64,000 bases of DNA, from positions 1 to 64,000 of the forward strand of contig JANRJA010000160.1 of NCBI GenBank assembly GCA_033764315.1, read 5' to 3'. Under the pieces are notes generated by a model. It saw only the letters and a program-made list of their open reading frames with translations, did no database searches and was not told the origin of the DNA. The position numbers and the translations under genes are program-made. Of the stretch, positions 42,653-52,500 are shown one piece after another. How positions within the stretch are numbered: the first letter of the stretch is position 1; the number at the start of each line of letters is the position of its first letter. This DNA is from Oculatellaceae cyanobacterium bins.114. Lineage in GTDB: Bacteria; Cyanobacteriota; Cyanobacteriia; Elainellales; Elainellaceae.

Positions 42653-42744
42653 ATAGCAATCCCAAATGGGTTGTGAGAGGCGCACCTCGGAGAGGTGCGC
42701 CTCTCACAATCTGCTAATCTCACAAATGATTTAGGACTGCTATA
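42653..42744. mobile_element. MITE-like element with ATAGCAATCC../..TAGGACTGCTAT ends and an 18-bp internal stem
   Basis: Imperfect terminal inverted repeats; perfect TTGTGAGAGGCGCACCTC-gga-GAGGTGCGCCTCTCACAA at 42671-42709. Confidence 0.7.
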
Positions 42745-42898
42745 GCAACGGTCAAGCCGTTGGTACAAGAGGGTGTGGTCAGCTAGCTTTCGACATGAGC
42801 GATCGCGCTGAGGGAGATTGGTGTAACCCTAATTTCTAGAGATGGTGAAACCCGTTAATGGTTTAAGACGCTGATTCTATAAGAGTGACTTGTTAAGT

Positions 42899-42927
42899 AA
42901 AAAAAAGGGGCACAATGCCCCTTTTTT
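42899..42927 (-). terminator. Intrinsic terminator of dnaK
   Basis: AAAAAAGGGGCA-caa-TGCCCCTTTTTT about 20 bp past the dnaK stop; ends in a U-tract on the minus strand. Confidence 0.8.
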
Positions 42928-42948
42928 AATCACAACTCATGAACAAAC

Positions 42949-44862
42949 CTATTTGGTTTCTGAGAATTCAGCATCAATCACATCATCATCCGCTGAGGAA
43001 GAATCTCCACTGGAAGGAGGTGGAGGTGTAGGACCATCGCTAGGACCACCCTCACCACCTGACTGTTGATAGAGATTGCTGCTGACGCTATAGAGCACTT
43101 GCTGTAACTCAGCGGTAATGGATTTGATCTGATCGAAGTCTTCACGAGAAATGGCATCTCGCAAATCTTTCACAAAGCCCTCAACTTTGGCTTTGTCATC
43201 AGCAGGCACTTTATCGCCCAACTCGCTCATTTGCTTCTCAGCTTGATATGCCAGCGAGTCTGCCTGGTTCTTGAGGTCAATCCGCTCACGCCGTTCTTTA
43301 TCAGCCGTTGCATTGCGTTCTGCCTCTTGCACCATCCGTTCGACATCGGATTTGTCCAAAGTGGACGCATCTTTGATCGTGATGGACTGCTCTTTGCCAG
43401 TGCCCTTGTCCTTCGCACGGACGTTCAAAATACCGTTGGCATCAATGTCAAAGGTGACTTCGATTTGAGGCACACCCCGAGGAGCAGGAGGAATACCATC
43501 CAAGCGGAAGATACCCAGGCTCTTGTTGTCGTCTGCCATCTCACGCTCACCCTGAAGCACCTTGATTTCAACGTTGGTTTGCCCGTCTGCTGCTGTTGAG
43601 AAGGTTTCAGACTTCTTGGTTGGGATTGTGGTGTTGCGGACAATAATCTTGGTCATGACACCGCCCAGCGTTTCCACACCGAGAGAGAGAGGAGTCACAT
43701 CCAACAACAAGATGTCCTTCACTTCACCCGCTAACACCCCGGCTTGAATCGCAGCACCTACGGCTACTACTTCGTCAGGGTTAACGGTTTGGTTGGGGTC
43801 TTTACCTAGAACTCGCTTGACTAGCTCTTGAATAGCAGGGATCCGTGTGGAACCACCCACAAGAACGACTTCATCGATCGCGCTCTTGTCGATCTTGGCA
43901 TCACGCAGTGCACTCTCGACTGGGATGCGACAACGATCGATGAGGTCAGAGCAAAGCTCTTCAAACTTGGCACGAGTCAAGGTGGTGTCTAAGTGCTTAG
44001 GCCCCTCTTGAGTCGCAGTAATGAAGGGTAGGTTGATCTCAGCTTGAGTCACGCTAGAGAGTTCAATCTTGGCTTTTTCGGCTGCTTCAGTCAAACGCTG
44101 CAAGGCACGCTTGTCTTTGCGGAGGTCAATGCCTTCTGCATTCTTAAATTCGGCTGCCAGGTAATCAACGATCTTTTTATCGAAGTCGTCGCCCCCTAAG
44201 TGGGTGTCACCAGAGGTCGCTAATACTTCAAATACCCCATCGCCGACTTCCAAAATAGATACGTCAAACGTACCACCGCCAAGGTCAAAGACTAGAACGG
44301 TTTCGTTGGTTTTCTTATCAAGACCATACGCTAGTGAAGCGGCGGTCGGCTCGTTAATAATCCGTAAGACTTCAATTCCAGCGATCCGTCCAGCATCTTT
44401 AGTGGCTTGACGTTGAGAGTCATTAAAGTAAGCAGGGACAGTAATGACGGCTTGGGTCACTGTTTCGCCCAGATACTTGCTAGCGTCTTCAACTAACTTT
44501 CGTAGGACTTGTGCTGAAATTTCTTCAGGGGCAAATTGCTTGCCTTCTGCGGGGCAATCGAGTTTGACGTTGCCATTAACATTCAGCACTTTGTAAGGCA
44601 CTTCTGTGGTTTCATGGCTGACTTCATCGATGCGACGACCAATGAATCGCTTCACAGAGTAGAAGGTATTTTCAGGGTTGATGACCGACTGACGCTTGGC
44701 GATCTGACCCACACGGCGCTCTTTTGTTTTGGGATCAAAGGCGACCACCGAGGGCGTTGTGCGGAAACCTTCAGCGTTGGCGATGACGGTCGGTTTACCA
44801 CCCTCCATCACAGCTACGCAAGAGTTGGTTGTTCCTAAGTCAATTCCAACAACTTTTGCCAT
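42949..44862 (-). CDS. dnaK: Molecular chaperone DnaK (DnaK2 type)
   Basis: [43 protein letters not shown] tail. Confidence 0.99.
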   Translation of the reverse strand: MAKVVGIDLGTTNSCVAVMEGGKPTVIANAEGFRTTPSVVAFDPKTKERRVGQIAKRQSVINPENTFYSVKRFIGRRIDEVSHETTEVPYKVLNVNGNVKLDCPAEGKQFAPEEISAQVLRKLVEDASKYLGETVTQAVITVPAYFNDSQRQATKDAGRIAGIEVLRIINEPTAASLAYGLDKKTNETVLVFDLGGGTFDVSILEVGDGVFEVLATSGDTHLGGDDFDKKIVDYLAAEFKNAEGIDLRKDKRALQRLTEAAEKAKIELSSVTQAEINLPFITATQEGPKHLDTTLTRAKFEELCSDLIDRCRIPVESALRDAKIDKSAIDEVVLVGGSTRIPAIQELVKRVLGKDPNQTVNPDEVVAVGAAIQAGVLAGEVKDILLLDVTPLSLGVETLGGVMTKIIVRNTTIPTKKSETFSTAADGQTNVEIKVLQGEREMADDNKSLGIFRLDGIPPAPRGVPQIEVTFDIDANGILNVRAKDKGTGKEQSITIKDASTLDKSDVERMVQEAERNATADKERRERIDLKNQADSLAYQAEKQMSELGDKVPADDKAKVEGFVKDLRDAISREDFDQIKSITAELQQVLYSVSSNLYQQSGGEGGPSDGPTPPPPSSGDSSSADDDVIDAEFSETK

Positions 44863-45308
44863 ATCTTTGTATTGCTCCGGTTCTATCTACAGGTTCTAGC
44901 TCAATTGACTAAATGCTCTGGAAGTTGCATTGCCCTCGGTTGGGGCATAGAGGCGGTTGCTTCGCAGTTTCCCTTAGGGATAATCGCAGATCCCACAACT
45001 CTGCACTCTTCTATATACTGCGTATGTTTGCCCCTTACCTTGAAGGCGTATTTACCGAACCAAACGTGGACGGTTCACCAGACTGACTGGATCGACGATG
45101 CATTTAGATATCGGTTGAGATTGGGTTGCAGTTGCATTCATGAATACCAGTTTAGGCAGTGCAAGGTCGATCAGAGTGGGGGTGAACCGTAACACAAGTG
45201 GTGAGGTTGCCGCCGATTTAGCAAATTTCTGCTTGAAGATGAGCCATTGCCCGATACCATGAGTGAACAGCCGATGAATTCTTGCCGATAATCTCTTGAA
45301 TTGTGGTT

Positions 45309-45659
45309 ATGTCTCCTACTCAGCTTCGTCTCAATTTGGTAGAAGGGTCAGTTAGTTTTAGCTTTACTCCTCAAGCGGCTCGTGAACTGCAAGCGGCGAT
45401 CGCCACTTTGATGAATAGCCTCAAGGCTGTGGCAGCTCATAGTGGTTCTGGTAGCAAGCCTGACCCTAAAAAGCCGATGGAATATCAGTATGTAGGGGAT
45501 GTTTTCTTAGAGGTCTTTTGTAATCCCAATATCTGGGCAAGTCCCTTTGCTGCAAAGGTGTTAGTCACCTTACGAGATCAGCAGATTCGGCTCAATACTG
45601 AAGCCGAGTTGACCCGCCTGATTGAAGATATCAATGACTATTTAGAACAGTTTGGTTAA
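45309..45659 (+). CDS. Hypothetical protein (cyanobacterial type)
   Basis: L.EGSVSF.F, FLEVFCNPNIW.SPFAAKVL; divergent from dnaK. Confidence 0.8.
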   Translation: MSPTQLRLNLVEGSVSFSFTPQAARELQAAIATLMNSLKAVAAHSGSGSKPDPKKPMEYQYVGDVFLEVFCNPNIWASPFAAKVLVTLRDQQIRLNTEAELTRLIEDINDYLEQFG

Positions 45660-45872
45660 CCCGCAGCATTTTAATAGGTCATCCAAATTTCGCCCGGTTA
45701 AGGATGTTGAATTCTATGTGGGGTAGGAGTTTAGTGTGATTTTTAGGACTCCTTCAGACTCAAGTCGCCCCATTAATTTCGGAAATTGAGACCGAATCAG
45801 TTGAATAAAAAGTCTGAAGGTCTTAATCTTCCTTTGGAAGCCTACATTATTTTTAATACCCAACTCAAAGCC

Positions 45873-46265
45873 ATGAATTCTGACACGTTGATTGAACTGT
45901 TGCAAAAGGGGTTTCGTGTGACCCTGGGGGCAACCGCATCATTAATTGAGATTTTGCAAGACCCCCAACGCCGTGACGAAAATCTCGATCGCTTGAGAAC
46001 AGATCTGGCTGAGTTATCAGAAGAATGGGCGGCCAAAGGGGAAATGACTGAGCAAGAAGCTCGTAACTTTGTAGAAACGATTTTGACTCAACAGACAGGT
46101 CGCAGTCCGTCTGACACCCCTTCGACAAGCGATCGCACTTCCTCTTCTACAACCTCTTCCTCTGTTACGGCTAACCCTGAGGTGCAAACGGATGTGCAGG
46201 AGTTGACCAATCAGATTGCCGCTATTCGGTCTGAGTTAGAGAGATTGAGAGAACAAGACTCTTGA
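45873..46265 (+). CDS. Hypothetical coiled-coil protein (phasin-like)
   Basis: LQKGFRVTLGA, KGEMTEQEARNFV, C-terminal coiled coil. ATG 45873 preferred. Confidence 0.75.
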   Translation: MNSDTLIELLQKGFRVTLGATASLIEILQDPQRRDENLDRLRTDLAELSEEWAAKGEMTEQEARNFVETILTQQTGRSPSDTPSTSDRTSSSTTSSSVTANPEVQTDVQELTNQIAAIRSELERLREQDS

Positions 46266-46434
46266 AACATTTAGGGTGAATCCTATTCACCCCGCATCAA
46301 GGGCTAATCCTCTGGGTAGAGGGTCAGGTTTTATCTGCCAGGTTCGTTCTATGCGGTTGGCGATCGCTTCTCTTTGACACAAAAGATAAGCTGAGATCAT
46401 CCACAACGGCTATAACAGCTTTCAGACAAGAGCT

Positions 46435-47445
46435 ATGCACCCAATTCTCACCCCATCCTCCACGAGTGGAGTCCAAACCATCGATTGTCGTGGGTTTGAT
46501 GAGACCACTATCCATTTATTCCTGGCACCTGGTCCCAATCCCTACACTGATACAGAAGAGTTTTTGTTTGATTGTGAAATGCGGGCAGACGAGATGCCGC
46601 GTTCTGTGCGTCGCGCCCTTTTAGAGTTTCAGGTGCGGTCTAACACTGAAGGCATTTTGCTCTTGCAGGGGGTACCGATCGATCCAGGGCTTTACTATGT
46701 TCATACCCCGTTAGATGCCCAACGATCAACTGGGAAACAAACCTATGTCAGTGAGCGATGTTTGGCCATGATTGGCAGTCGTTTAGGACATTTGGTGTCT
46801 TACATTCAGGAAAAAAATGGGGATTTGTTTCAAAATCTTGCCCCTGTTAAAGGAAGTGAACAGATTCAATCCTCTAGTGGGTCTCAATCACGGTTGCAAT
46901 TTCACCGTGAAACTGTTTTTCACCCCTATCCTCCTGAGTTTTTGCTGTTGTTTTGTCTGCGTCCTGATCACGATCAAGTGGCTGAAACCACTTATGCCAG
47001 CATCACCCATGCGCTGCCATTGCTCACCCCAGAGCATCGGGATCGGTTGTTTCAACCCCTTTATCGTACCGGGATTGATTATTCCTTTGGCAATCTGCAA
47101 ACCGCGACAGACGAAGGAACTGTGTTACCGGTTTTGTATGGCAATCGCCATGACCCCTTCTTAAACTATGACGAAGATTTGATGACGGCTCTCACCCCTG
47201 AAGCAGATGCCGCACTGTCAGCCCTCAAGGAGGCGATCGCCTCGGTTTATAAAGGAGTCAAGCTCAATGTAGGCGACCTGCTCTGCATCGACAATCGCCG
47301 CACTGTGCACGGACGGTCTTCTTTTATCCCCCGATATGATGGATTTGATCGATGGTTGCAGCGATCGTTTGTAGTTCGTGATCTGGGCTTATCAGCCGTC
47401 GATCGCCAACCAGGAGAACGAATTATTCGGACTCGGTTTACCTGA
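46435..47445 (+). CDS. Fe(II)/2-oxoglutarate dioxygenase, clavaminate synthase/AsnO-like (TauD/TfdA superfamily)
   Basis: FHRE (H-x-E), LLLFCLR.D, IDNRRTVHGR, DRWLQR. Confidence 0.88.
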   Translation: MHPILTPSSTSGVQTIDCRGFDETTIHLFLAPGPNPYTDTEEFLFDCEMRADEMPRSVRRALLEFQVRSNTEGILLLQGVPIDPGLYYVHTPLDAQRSTGKQTYVSERCLAMIGSRLGHLVSYIQEKNGDLFQNLAPVKGSEQIQSSSGSQSRLQFHRETVFHPYPPEFLLLFCLRPDHDQVAETTYASITHALPLLTPEHRDRLFQPLYRTGIDYSFGNLQTATDEGTVLPVLYGNRHDPFLNYDEDLMTALTPEADAALSALKEAIASVYKGVKLNVGDLLCIDNRRTVHGRSSFIPRYDGFDRWLQRSFVVRDLGLSAVDRQPGERIIRTRFT

Positions 47446-47446
47446 A

Positions 47447-48367
47447 CTAGCGTTTTTTAGCAAACATTCCAAAGAATCCACCCGCTTTTGGATCAGCACT
47501 CTTGCCATTGGTTGAGTTGTTGAGGTCGATCTTGAGCTTTTGAGCATACTCTAGCGCAAGTGGATCTTTGGGGTTTAGCTTGAGTGCCTGCTTAAAGTGG
47601 ACAGTTGCCATTCCTGGTAAGTTCTGCATTAGATAGGCTTTTGCCAATAAAGCATGAAACTCACTGCGATCGGCCTCAATTCGCAAAGCATCTCGCAATT
47701 CTTGCACGGCTAAAGACCAGTTTGACTTTTTCATATACTCCTGTGCCCGCTGATAGTGGCGCAGAGCATAGTTGGCATAATTGCCAGGGGGAGACGTAGA
47801 CGGCTCAGCTTCTTTTCGCAAACGAGAATCAAACTCAAGCGGTCTGACCTCTTCAACCGGAATAATGCCATTTCGTTTCTCACGAATCAAGGGTTCACCC
47901 ATCTTGACTCGCAGGTAAACCAGATTGAGTTCACTCAACTCATCCGTAATTTGCTCAAACTGCTCAAATTGCTGATATTGCAATTCGGCCAAGTTGCTCA
48001 CTGCTTCCTCATACAAAATATCAACAGATTGCAGAGGGGTTTTAAGGAGTTGCCGCGCCACATCTCCTTTTGGTTCTGGCATTTCTTCTCGGCTCATGCG
48101 CCGCACTCGAAATCGCAGCATTGCCATGACCTCTGCTCGACCCTTGTCTTGCTTGATCTTCTGATAGGCAGGACTGACCAGGCGAGCAAAGATCTGAGTA
48201 GCTATTTCTAGCTCAGCTGTAAAGCTATCAGGATGGAGTAGTTTAGCAACTGAGCGATAACGTTTGAGAATACGACTATCATCAGCAGACACAGATGCAC
48301 CCAACACAGCATAGGGATCTTCAGTAAATTTCCTTAGCCAATCGGGAGAGAATGTAATCTGTGACAT
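47447..48367 (-). CDS. J-domain protein with C-terminal TPR
   Basis: DPYAVLG..ILKRYR..AKLLHPD; TPR-like AVQELRDAL...FHALLAKAY...FKQALKLNP. Confidence 0.88.
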   Translation of the reverse strand: MSQITFSPDWLRKFTEDPYAVLGASVSADDSRILKRYRSVAKLLHPDSFTAELEIATQIFARLVSPAYQKIKQDKGRAEVMAMLRFRVRRMSREEMPEPKGDVARQLLKTPLQSVDILYEEAVSNLAELQYQQFEQFEQITDELSELNLVYLRVKMGEPLIREKRNGIIPVEEVRPLEFDSRLRKEAEPSTSPPGNYANYALRHYQRAQEYMKKSNWSLAVQELRDALRIEADRSEFHALLAKAYLMQNLPGMATVHFKQALKLNPKDPLALEYAQKLKIDLNNSTNGKSADPKAGGFFGMFAKKR

Positions 48368-49245
48368 TAGTAATTATTATTTATAAATTCAGTGACCGTA
48401 TTACTTTGAAGTATACAGAATGACTTCAGGGTGAACTCAATACCCCGTAGTACGTATATTAGGCAGTCGTCTAACTCAATCTGGAGCACCACGCCCAACT
48501 CTATATTGTAGTCGTTGAGTTGATGAAGGTTTGTACCAAGCAGAACAGAGGCTCGTAAAGATATCGGTAATCTAATTGACCTTTGGCTTAAAAGTATTTT
48601 TTGATAAACCTTTGGGCAACTCTGGCGGTATAAAAGCTAAATGAGAGATGGAGAAGGGGTGAGGGTAGACATCTAGAGCAAGAAGATATCAATCGATTGG
48701 GTAGAGAATTTCTTATGCTGGTCACAGTGTATGAATCGCTTTTACCTCAAAAGTCTAGGTATTTAAAGTCTAGGGATGTGGGTCTTACTGTGTGGCGTTG
48801 AAGCAGCTTGAGATTGAGACAGCTCTTAAAAATCTATCCGAGAAATCGATAAGGTTTCCGGGAGAAAGCTCTTTCAATCGCTCTCTGGTACATCTTAGTT
48901 GATCAAGAATTCAACCTTACTGAATTAGTTCCCCTAATGATATTTTACTTGGTTTAAGAGCTTGTAGACATATAGATTGGTTTCAACTTAGAGATGAGTT
49001 GTCTACTACGGATCCATGATAAATTTTTGAGCCATGATCTAGCTTGAGCCATGATCTTGCCTTACGTCGTTTCCAACTGTTGGCGATCTGCTCCAGATAA
49101 AATCTGAATCGATATGATTAGAAGAAGAAAAAATCTTGTAATTTAAATTAGCCATAGACCTTTTTCAATGCTAACCCTGCATTGAAGTTATGTTATTTGG
49201 GTTACGTTGCCTTTGCCATCTTGAAGCCCTCCCATCCTTCTACCC

Positions 49246-49635
49246 ATGTTAGCCAAGCCTAAAACCAAGAAATTCGCTGTTTTGCTGGCGTTTCTCAGTG
49301 TTGTTAGTCCCCTCTCTGGTTTCCACAAGTTTTATTTAAGGCAACCCGGTTGGGGAATTCTTTACTTGCTCCTCTCGTGGACTTTTGTTCCTAAAATTGC
49401 GAGTGTCATAGAAGGAGTTTGGTATCTTGCTCAAGATCAGACTGAATTTGACACTAACTTTAATGCGGGTCAGGTCTTGCAATCTGCTTCACCTGCCGTA
49501 GAGGTGGTTGATCCTGTTCAAGTTAGTGCGATCGCCGATGCCCTCCGGCAAATTGATACTTTACGCCAAGATGGGCTGATTTCAGAATACGAGTTTGAGC
49601 AAAAACGTCGTCAACTACTAGACCGCATTGGTTAA
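49246..49635 (+). CDS. TM2/NINE + SHOCT domain protein
   Basis: GFHKFYL..GWGILYLL; C-terminal LRQDGLISEYEFEQKRRQLL. Confidence 0.85.
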   Translation: MLAKPKTKKFAVLLAFLSVVSPLSGFHKFYLRQPGWGILYLLLSWTFVPKIASVIEGVWYLAQDQTEFDTNFNAGQVLQSASPAVEVVDPVQVSAIADALRQIDTLRQDGLISEYEFEQKRRQLLDRIG

Positions 49636-49648
49636 TTGAGGAAGTGTT

Positions 49649-50206
49649 ATGTTGTCAGATTGGTTGACATCGTTGACTCGCTTAAAGTCGGGAGTTAAAG
49701 CCCAGTTACATCCTTTGCGATCGCGTCTGTTGAATGACCCCTATTATCGGTTCCAATCGATAGAAGAGATTCAATTTGCGGCTGAGTTAGGGGTTCAGAT
49801 CGATGTTAATCAAGCTGGTATTGACGATTGGCTGCGTCTACCGGGAATGTCTATTCATCAAGCCCGCACTTTGGTGTCGTTAACTCAAGCAGGGGTTTTG
49901 TTTCACTGTTTAGATGATGTAGCGGCTGCTCTCAATCTCCCTATTCATCGATTAAAGTCTCTCGAACCTATTCTGGCCTTTTGCTATTACGACTCTGAGA
50001 GCATTGATACCATTCAGAGGATCAATCTCAATACGGCTTCGATCGCGACTTTGGTTCGTGTCCCTGTGATCGATTTGTTTTTAGCTAGGGCGATCGTTCA
50101 AAATCGTCAAACCTATGGAGCTTATCGCAACTTAGCTGATTTACAACAGCGTTTGGCGTTGCCTAGCCAACTAACGGCTGATCTGGTTTACTATCTCAAC
50201 TTCTGA
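49649..50206 (+). CDS. ComEA-like helix-hairpin-helix DNA-binding protein
   Basis: IDVNQA..DDWLRLPG and INLNTAS...L..VP HhH repeats. Confidence 0.85.
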   Translation: MLSDWLTSLTRLKSGVKAQLHPLRSRLLNDPYYRFQSIEEIQFAAELGVQIDVNQAGIDDWLRLPGMSIHQARTLVSLTQAGVLFHCLDDVAAALNLPIHRLKSLEPILAFCYYDSESIDTIQRINLNTASIATLVRVPVIDLFLARAIVQNRQTYGAYRNLADLQQRLALPSQLTADLVYYLNF

Positions 50207-50227
50207 GCAAGAAGGGCTGAGACTCTT

Positions 50228-50851
50228 TTACCCCTTCTCTTTGCCAATCTCTGAGTGGATTACTCCAATTCGATCGGGTTCCCAAAAGCGAAATACAGCC
50301 CGTCCAATTACATTTTCTTGAGGCAAAAAGCCCCATACATGAGAGTCATTGCTGTTGTTGCGGTTGTCTCCCATTACAAAAAATTGTTTCTCAGGAATTT
50401 TTACGGCGGGTAGTTCATAGTCTGGTGGTGCAGCGATGTAATCTTCCTGTAACGGTTCACCATTGACATACACAGTGCCATCGTGAATTTGCACGACTTG
50501 TCCTGGCTCACCGATAATTCGCTTGATAAACACCTGGTCTCTGCGAAATCCTAGTGTTTGTAATGGGTCAGGTGGATCAAAGACGACAATCTCACCCGCT
50601 TTGGGGGGACGGAGGTGATAGGAGAGTTTTTCGATGACCAGGCGATCGCCCACGTGCAAAGTAGGTTCCATCGAGTTAGAGGGAATGTAGCGTGGCTCAG
50701 CAATGAATAAGCGAATGATCAAGGCTAATGCCAGCGCGATCGCCAAAATCTGCCCATTTTCTCTAAGACGTGCCCCCCAAGAAGGAGGGGTGGATTCAGG
50801 GAGTGAAGAATCAGGTGAGGGAGGGGTCGATTTGGGTTGTTCAGCAGTCAT
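50228..50851 (-). CDS. lepB: Signal peptidase I
   Basis: TM, IPSNSMEPTL..GDR, FIKRIIG, MGDNRNNSNDSH.WG. Confidence 0.95.
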   Translation of the reverse strand: MTAEQPKSTPPSPDSSLPESTPPSWGARLRENGQILAIALALALIIRLFIAEPRYIPSNSMEPTLHVGDRLVIEKLSYHLRPPKAGEIVVFDPPDPLQTLGFRRDQVFIKRIIGEPGQVVQIHDGTVYVNGEPLQEDYIAAPPDYELPAVKIPEKQFFVMGDNRNNSNDSHVWGFLPQENVIGRAVFRFWEPDRIGVIHSEIGKEKG

Positions 50852-50957
50852 GAAATTCAACAATCAGGTTAGGTCGCATCAAATAAAGCATGGAAAACCT
50901 TGCTATTCCCTATCTTCCCATGTGAAATGGAATTCATCAGAGACAGATAGCGGGTGC

Positions 50958-51218
50958 TACAGCAGTTTTCATGGTTATGGGTTGTAGGCCAGGGGCTTAA
51001 GCTCCCTGTTCCAAGGTAGAACCTGTACCTCATTTAACGGGTGTATCTGACGGTCGGGGGAGTGGCGGTTGAAACCGCACCTACTAGAACAAAACCTGCC
51101 TCCGCAGGTTCAAAACCCTCAGTCCGCGTCGGACGTTCACTTGTGAATCCATTCGCCGGGTTCAGTCCCCTAACTGCTAGATGCGCCCTCATTTAACATT
51201 TAACCCATAACGGCTGTA
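50958..51218. repeat. Outer repeat element (TACAGC...GCTGTA) interrupted by a nested MITE
   Basis: Ends TACAGCAG..TTATGGGTT and AACCCATAACGGCTGTA are mutually inverted; body matches 252-321. Confidence 0.55.
51039..51188. mobile_element. 150-bp MITE with imperfect ~23-bp TIRs and a 9-bp target-site duplication
   Basis: TCATTTAAC at 51030-51038 and 51189-51197 flanks GGGTGTATCTGACGGTCGGGGGA ... TCCCCTAACTGCTAGATGCGCCC. Confidence 0.8.
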
Positions 51219-51482
51219 CCTAACCTGGAGCATTGCAATTAAAGAGAGTGAATCTCTAACCCCCTTTCTAATCAACATGGCTTACTAAAAACGGTTTAAA
51301 GCTGAACTGAGTTTGACTGGGAAAGGTTGGGAGGGGTCGCATTTGCACTGTCTTGAAATCAGATTGATGTGACCACAGGATCTCTTACCAATTCAGCAAA
51401 CTACTGTAAGCTGGATAGGCGATTAGGGTTGTCTGCGATTTAATGAGAACAGCCTGAATAACCAAACGGTGAGGAGATTTGT

Positions 51483-51677
51483 ATGAGTGATGCTTGGTAT
51501 ATCGTCAAGCAGAATGACGGACAGTGCAAAATCGTAACTGCGATCGACATTAAGGGACTAACCAAAGAAGCTGGAGAAGCGGGTGAGCCAGAGCGATGGG
51601 GACCCTTTGCCTCTGAGCAAGAGGCGATCGCCCGTCGAGTTGGGTTAATTCGCGCTGGGAAATGTCAGCCTGCTTAG
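51483..51677 (+). CDS. Small hypothetical protein (cyanobacterial type)
   Basis: GAGGAG RBS; WYIVK...G.C, WGPFAS..EAIARRVGLIRAGKCQP. Confidence 0.8.
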   Translation: MSDAWYIVKQNDGQCKIVTAIDIKGLTKEAGEAGEPERWGPFASEQEAIARRVGLIRAGKCQPA

Positions 51678-52002
51678 CCTGGTAGAGAAGCAAGGGAACA
51701 CAGCAACCCTGCTCGTCCCCTAAATGTGTTTAATTGTTAACAAATATTTGAGATCATATGTATTATTGCTGTTCAACTTAAACTGCTACACTTTTTTCGA
51801 GACCACTCAACATTCACAGCTGTCGCCATATGATTTGGGGCACTAGAGGTTAGCCTGGGTTTGGAGGTCATGCTCTCATATTCCCCATTCCGACCTTATG
51901 GCTATTGCTATAACTAATCCAAATGGATAGTGGTTGAGCCTGGTTTGCTAAACTCACCTATCTAATAAATATTTGTTATCTGCAAGATTGAGGTTTCAGT
52001 CG

Positions 52003-52365
52003 ATGCGCCAAGTTAATTTCGTCATCATTTTCGTTATTTGCCTCGCACTCGTGTTGTTTGGCATTGAAAACACAGAACCCGTGGTCATTCGCATTGTCAA
52101 AGATGTCCAGGTGCAGGCCCCGTTGTCTGTAGAATTGTTGCTAGCAACTGGCATTGGAGCTGCTTTTGCCTGGGTGTTTAGCGTGTGGACTCAGGTGCAA
52201 AAGGTTTTAGACTCAGGGCAACAAATTCAACAGCGAGACGTCCGGATTGAAGAATTAGAACGCGATATTCAGCGTTATAAGGTACAACTTGAAGAACAGC
52301 AGCATCTACTGCCTGCCTCTAAAGAGGTTACAGATGCGGAAGATGTTGAAGTCTACGCTAAGTAA
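52003..52365 (+). CDS. LapA/DUF1049 family membrane protein
   Basis: Two TMs with F.IEN..P and APLSVELL, then coiled coil; GAGG upstream of ATG 52003. Confidence 0.82.
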   Translation: MRQVNFVIIFVICLALVLFGIENTEPVVIRIVKDVQVQAPLSVELLLATGIGAAFAWVFSVWTQVQKVLDSGQQIQQRDVRIEELERDIQRYKVQLEEQQHLLPASKEVTDAEDVEVYAK

Positions 52366-52389
52366 ACTCTGGTTTGACGTTGTGCCTTT

Positions 52390-52491
52390 ATGACTGACCC
52401 TCTCAATCCCTGGAGCTTGGTGATACCCTTTGCGTTGCTGGGTTTGATTGTGTTGGCTGCCGTCTATTTTGTTCGCGTTAGCCTTCGATAG
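52390..52491 (+). CDS. Putative 33-aa single-TM small protein (MTDPLNPWSLVIPFALLGLIVLAAVYFVRVSLR)
   Basis: Read manually; fills the gap between the lapA-like gene and scpA (24 bp and 9 bp spacers); hydrophobic core with C-terminal Arg residues. Confidence 0.55.
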   Translation: MTDPLNPWSLVIPFALLGLIVLAAVYFVRVSLR

Positions 52492-52500
52492 GATTGCCCT

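Noticed and set aside
44872..45192. 106-aa ORF divergent from dnaK
   Set aside because: TTG start, no recognisable motif, and it covers the dnaK leader and promoter.
38814..50206. dprA, ComEA-like gene and kaiABC as a clock-controlled competence cluster
   Set aside because: The genes are separated by many unrelated housekeeping genes; proximity alone is not evidence.
51483..51677. Small ORF as the transposase for the neighbouring MITEs
   Set aside because: Only 64 aa, with no DDE or HUH catalytic motif.
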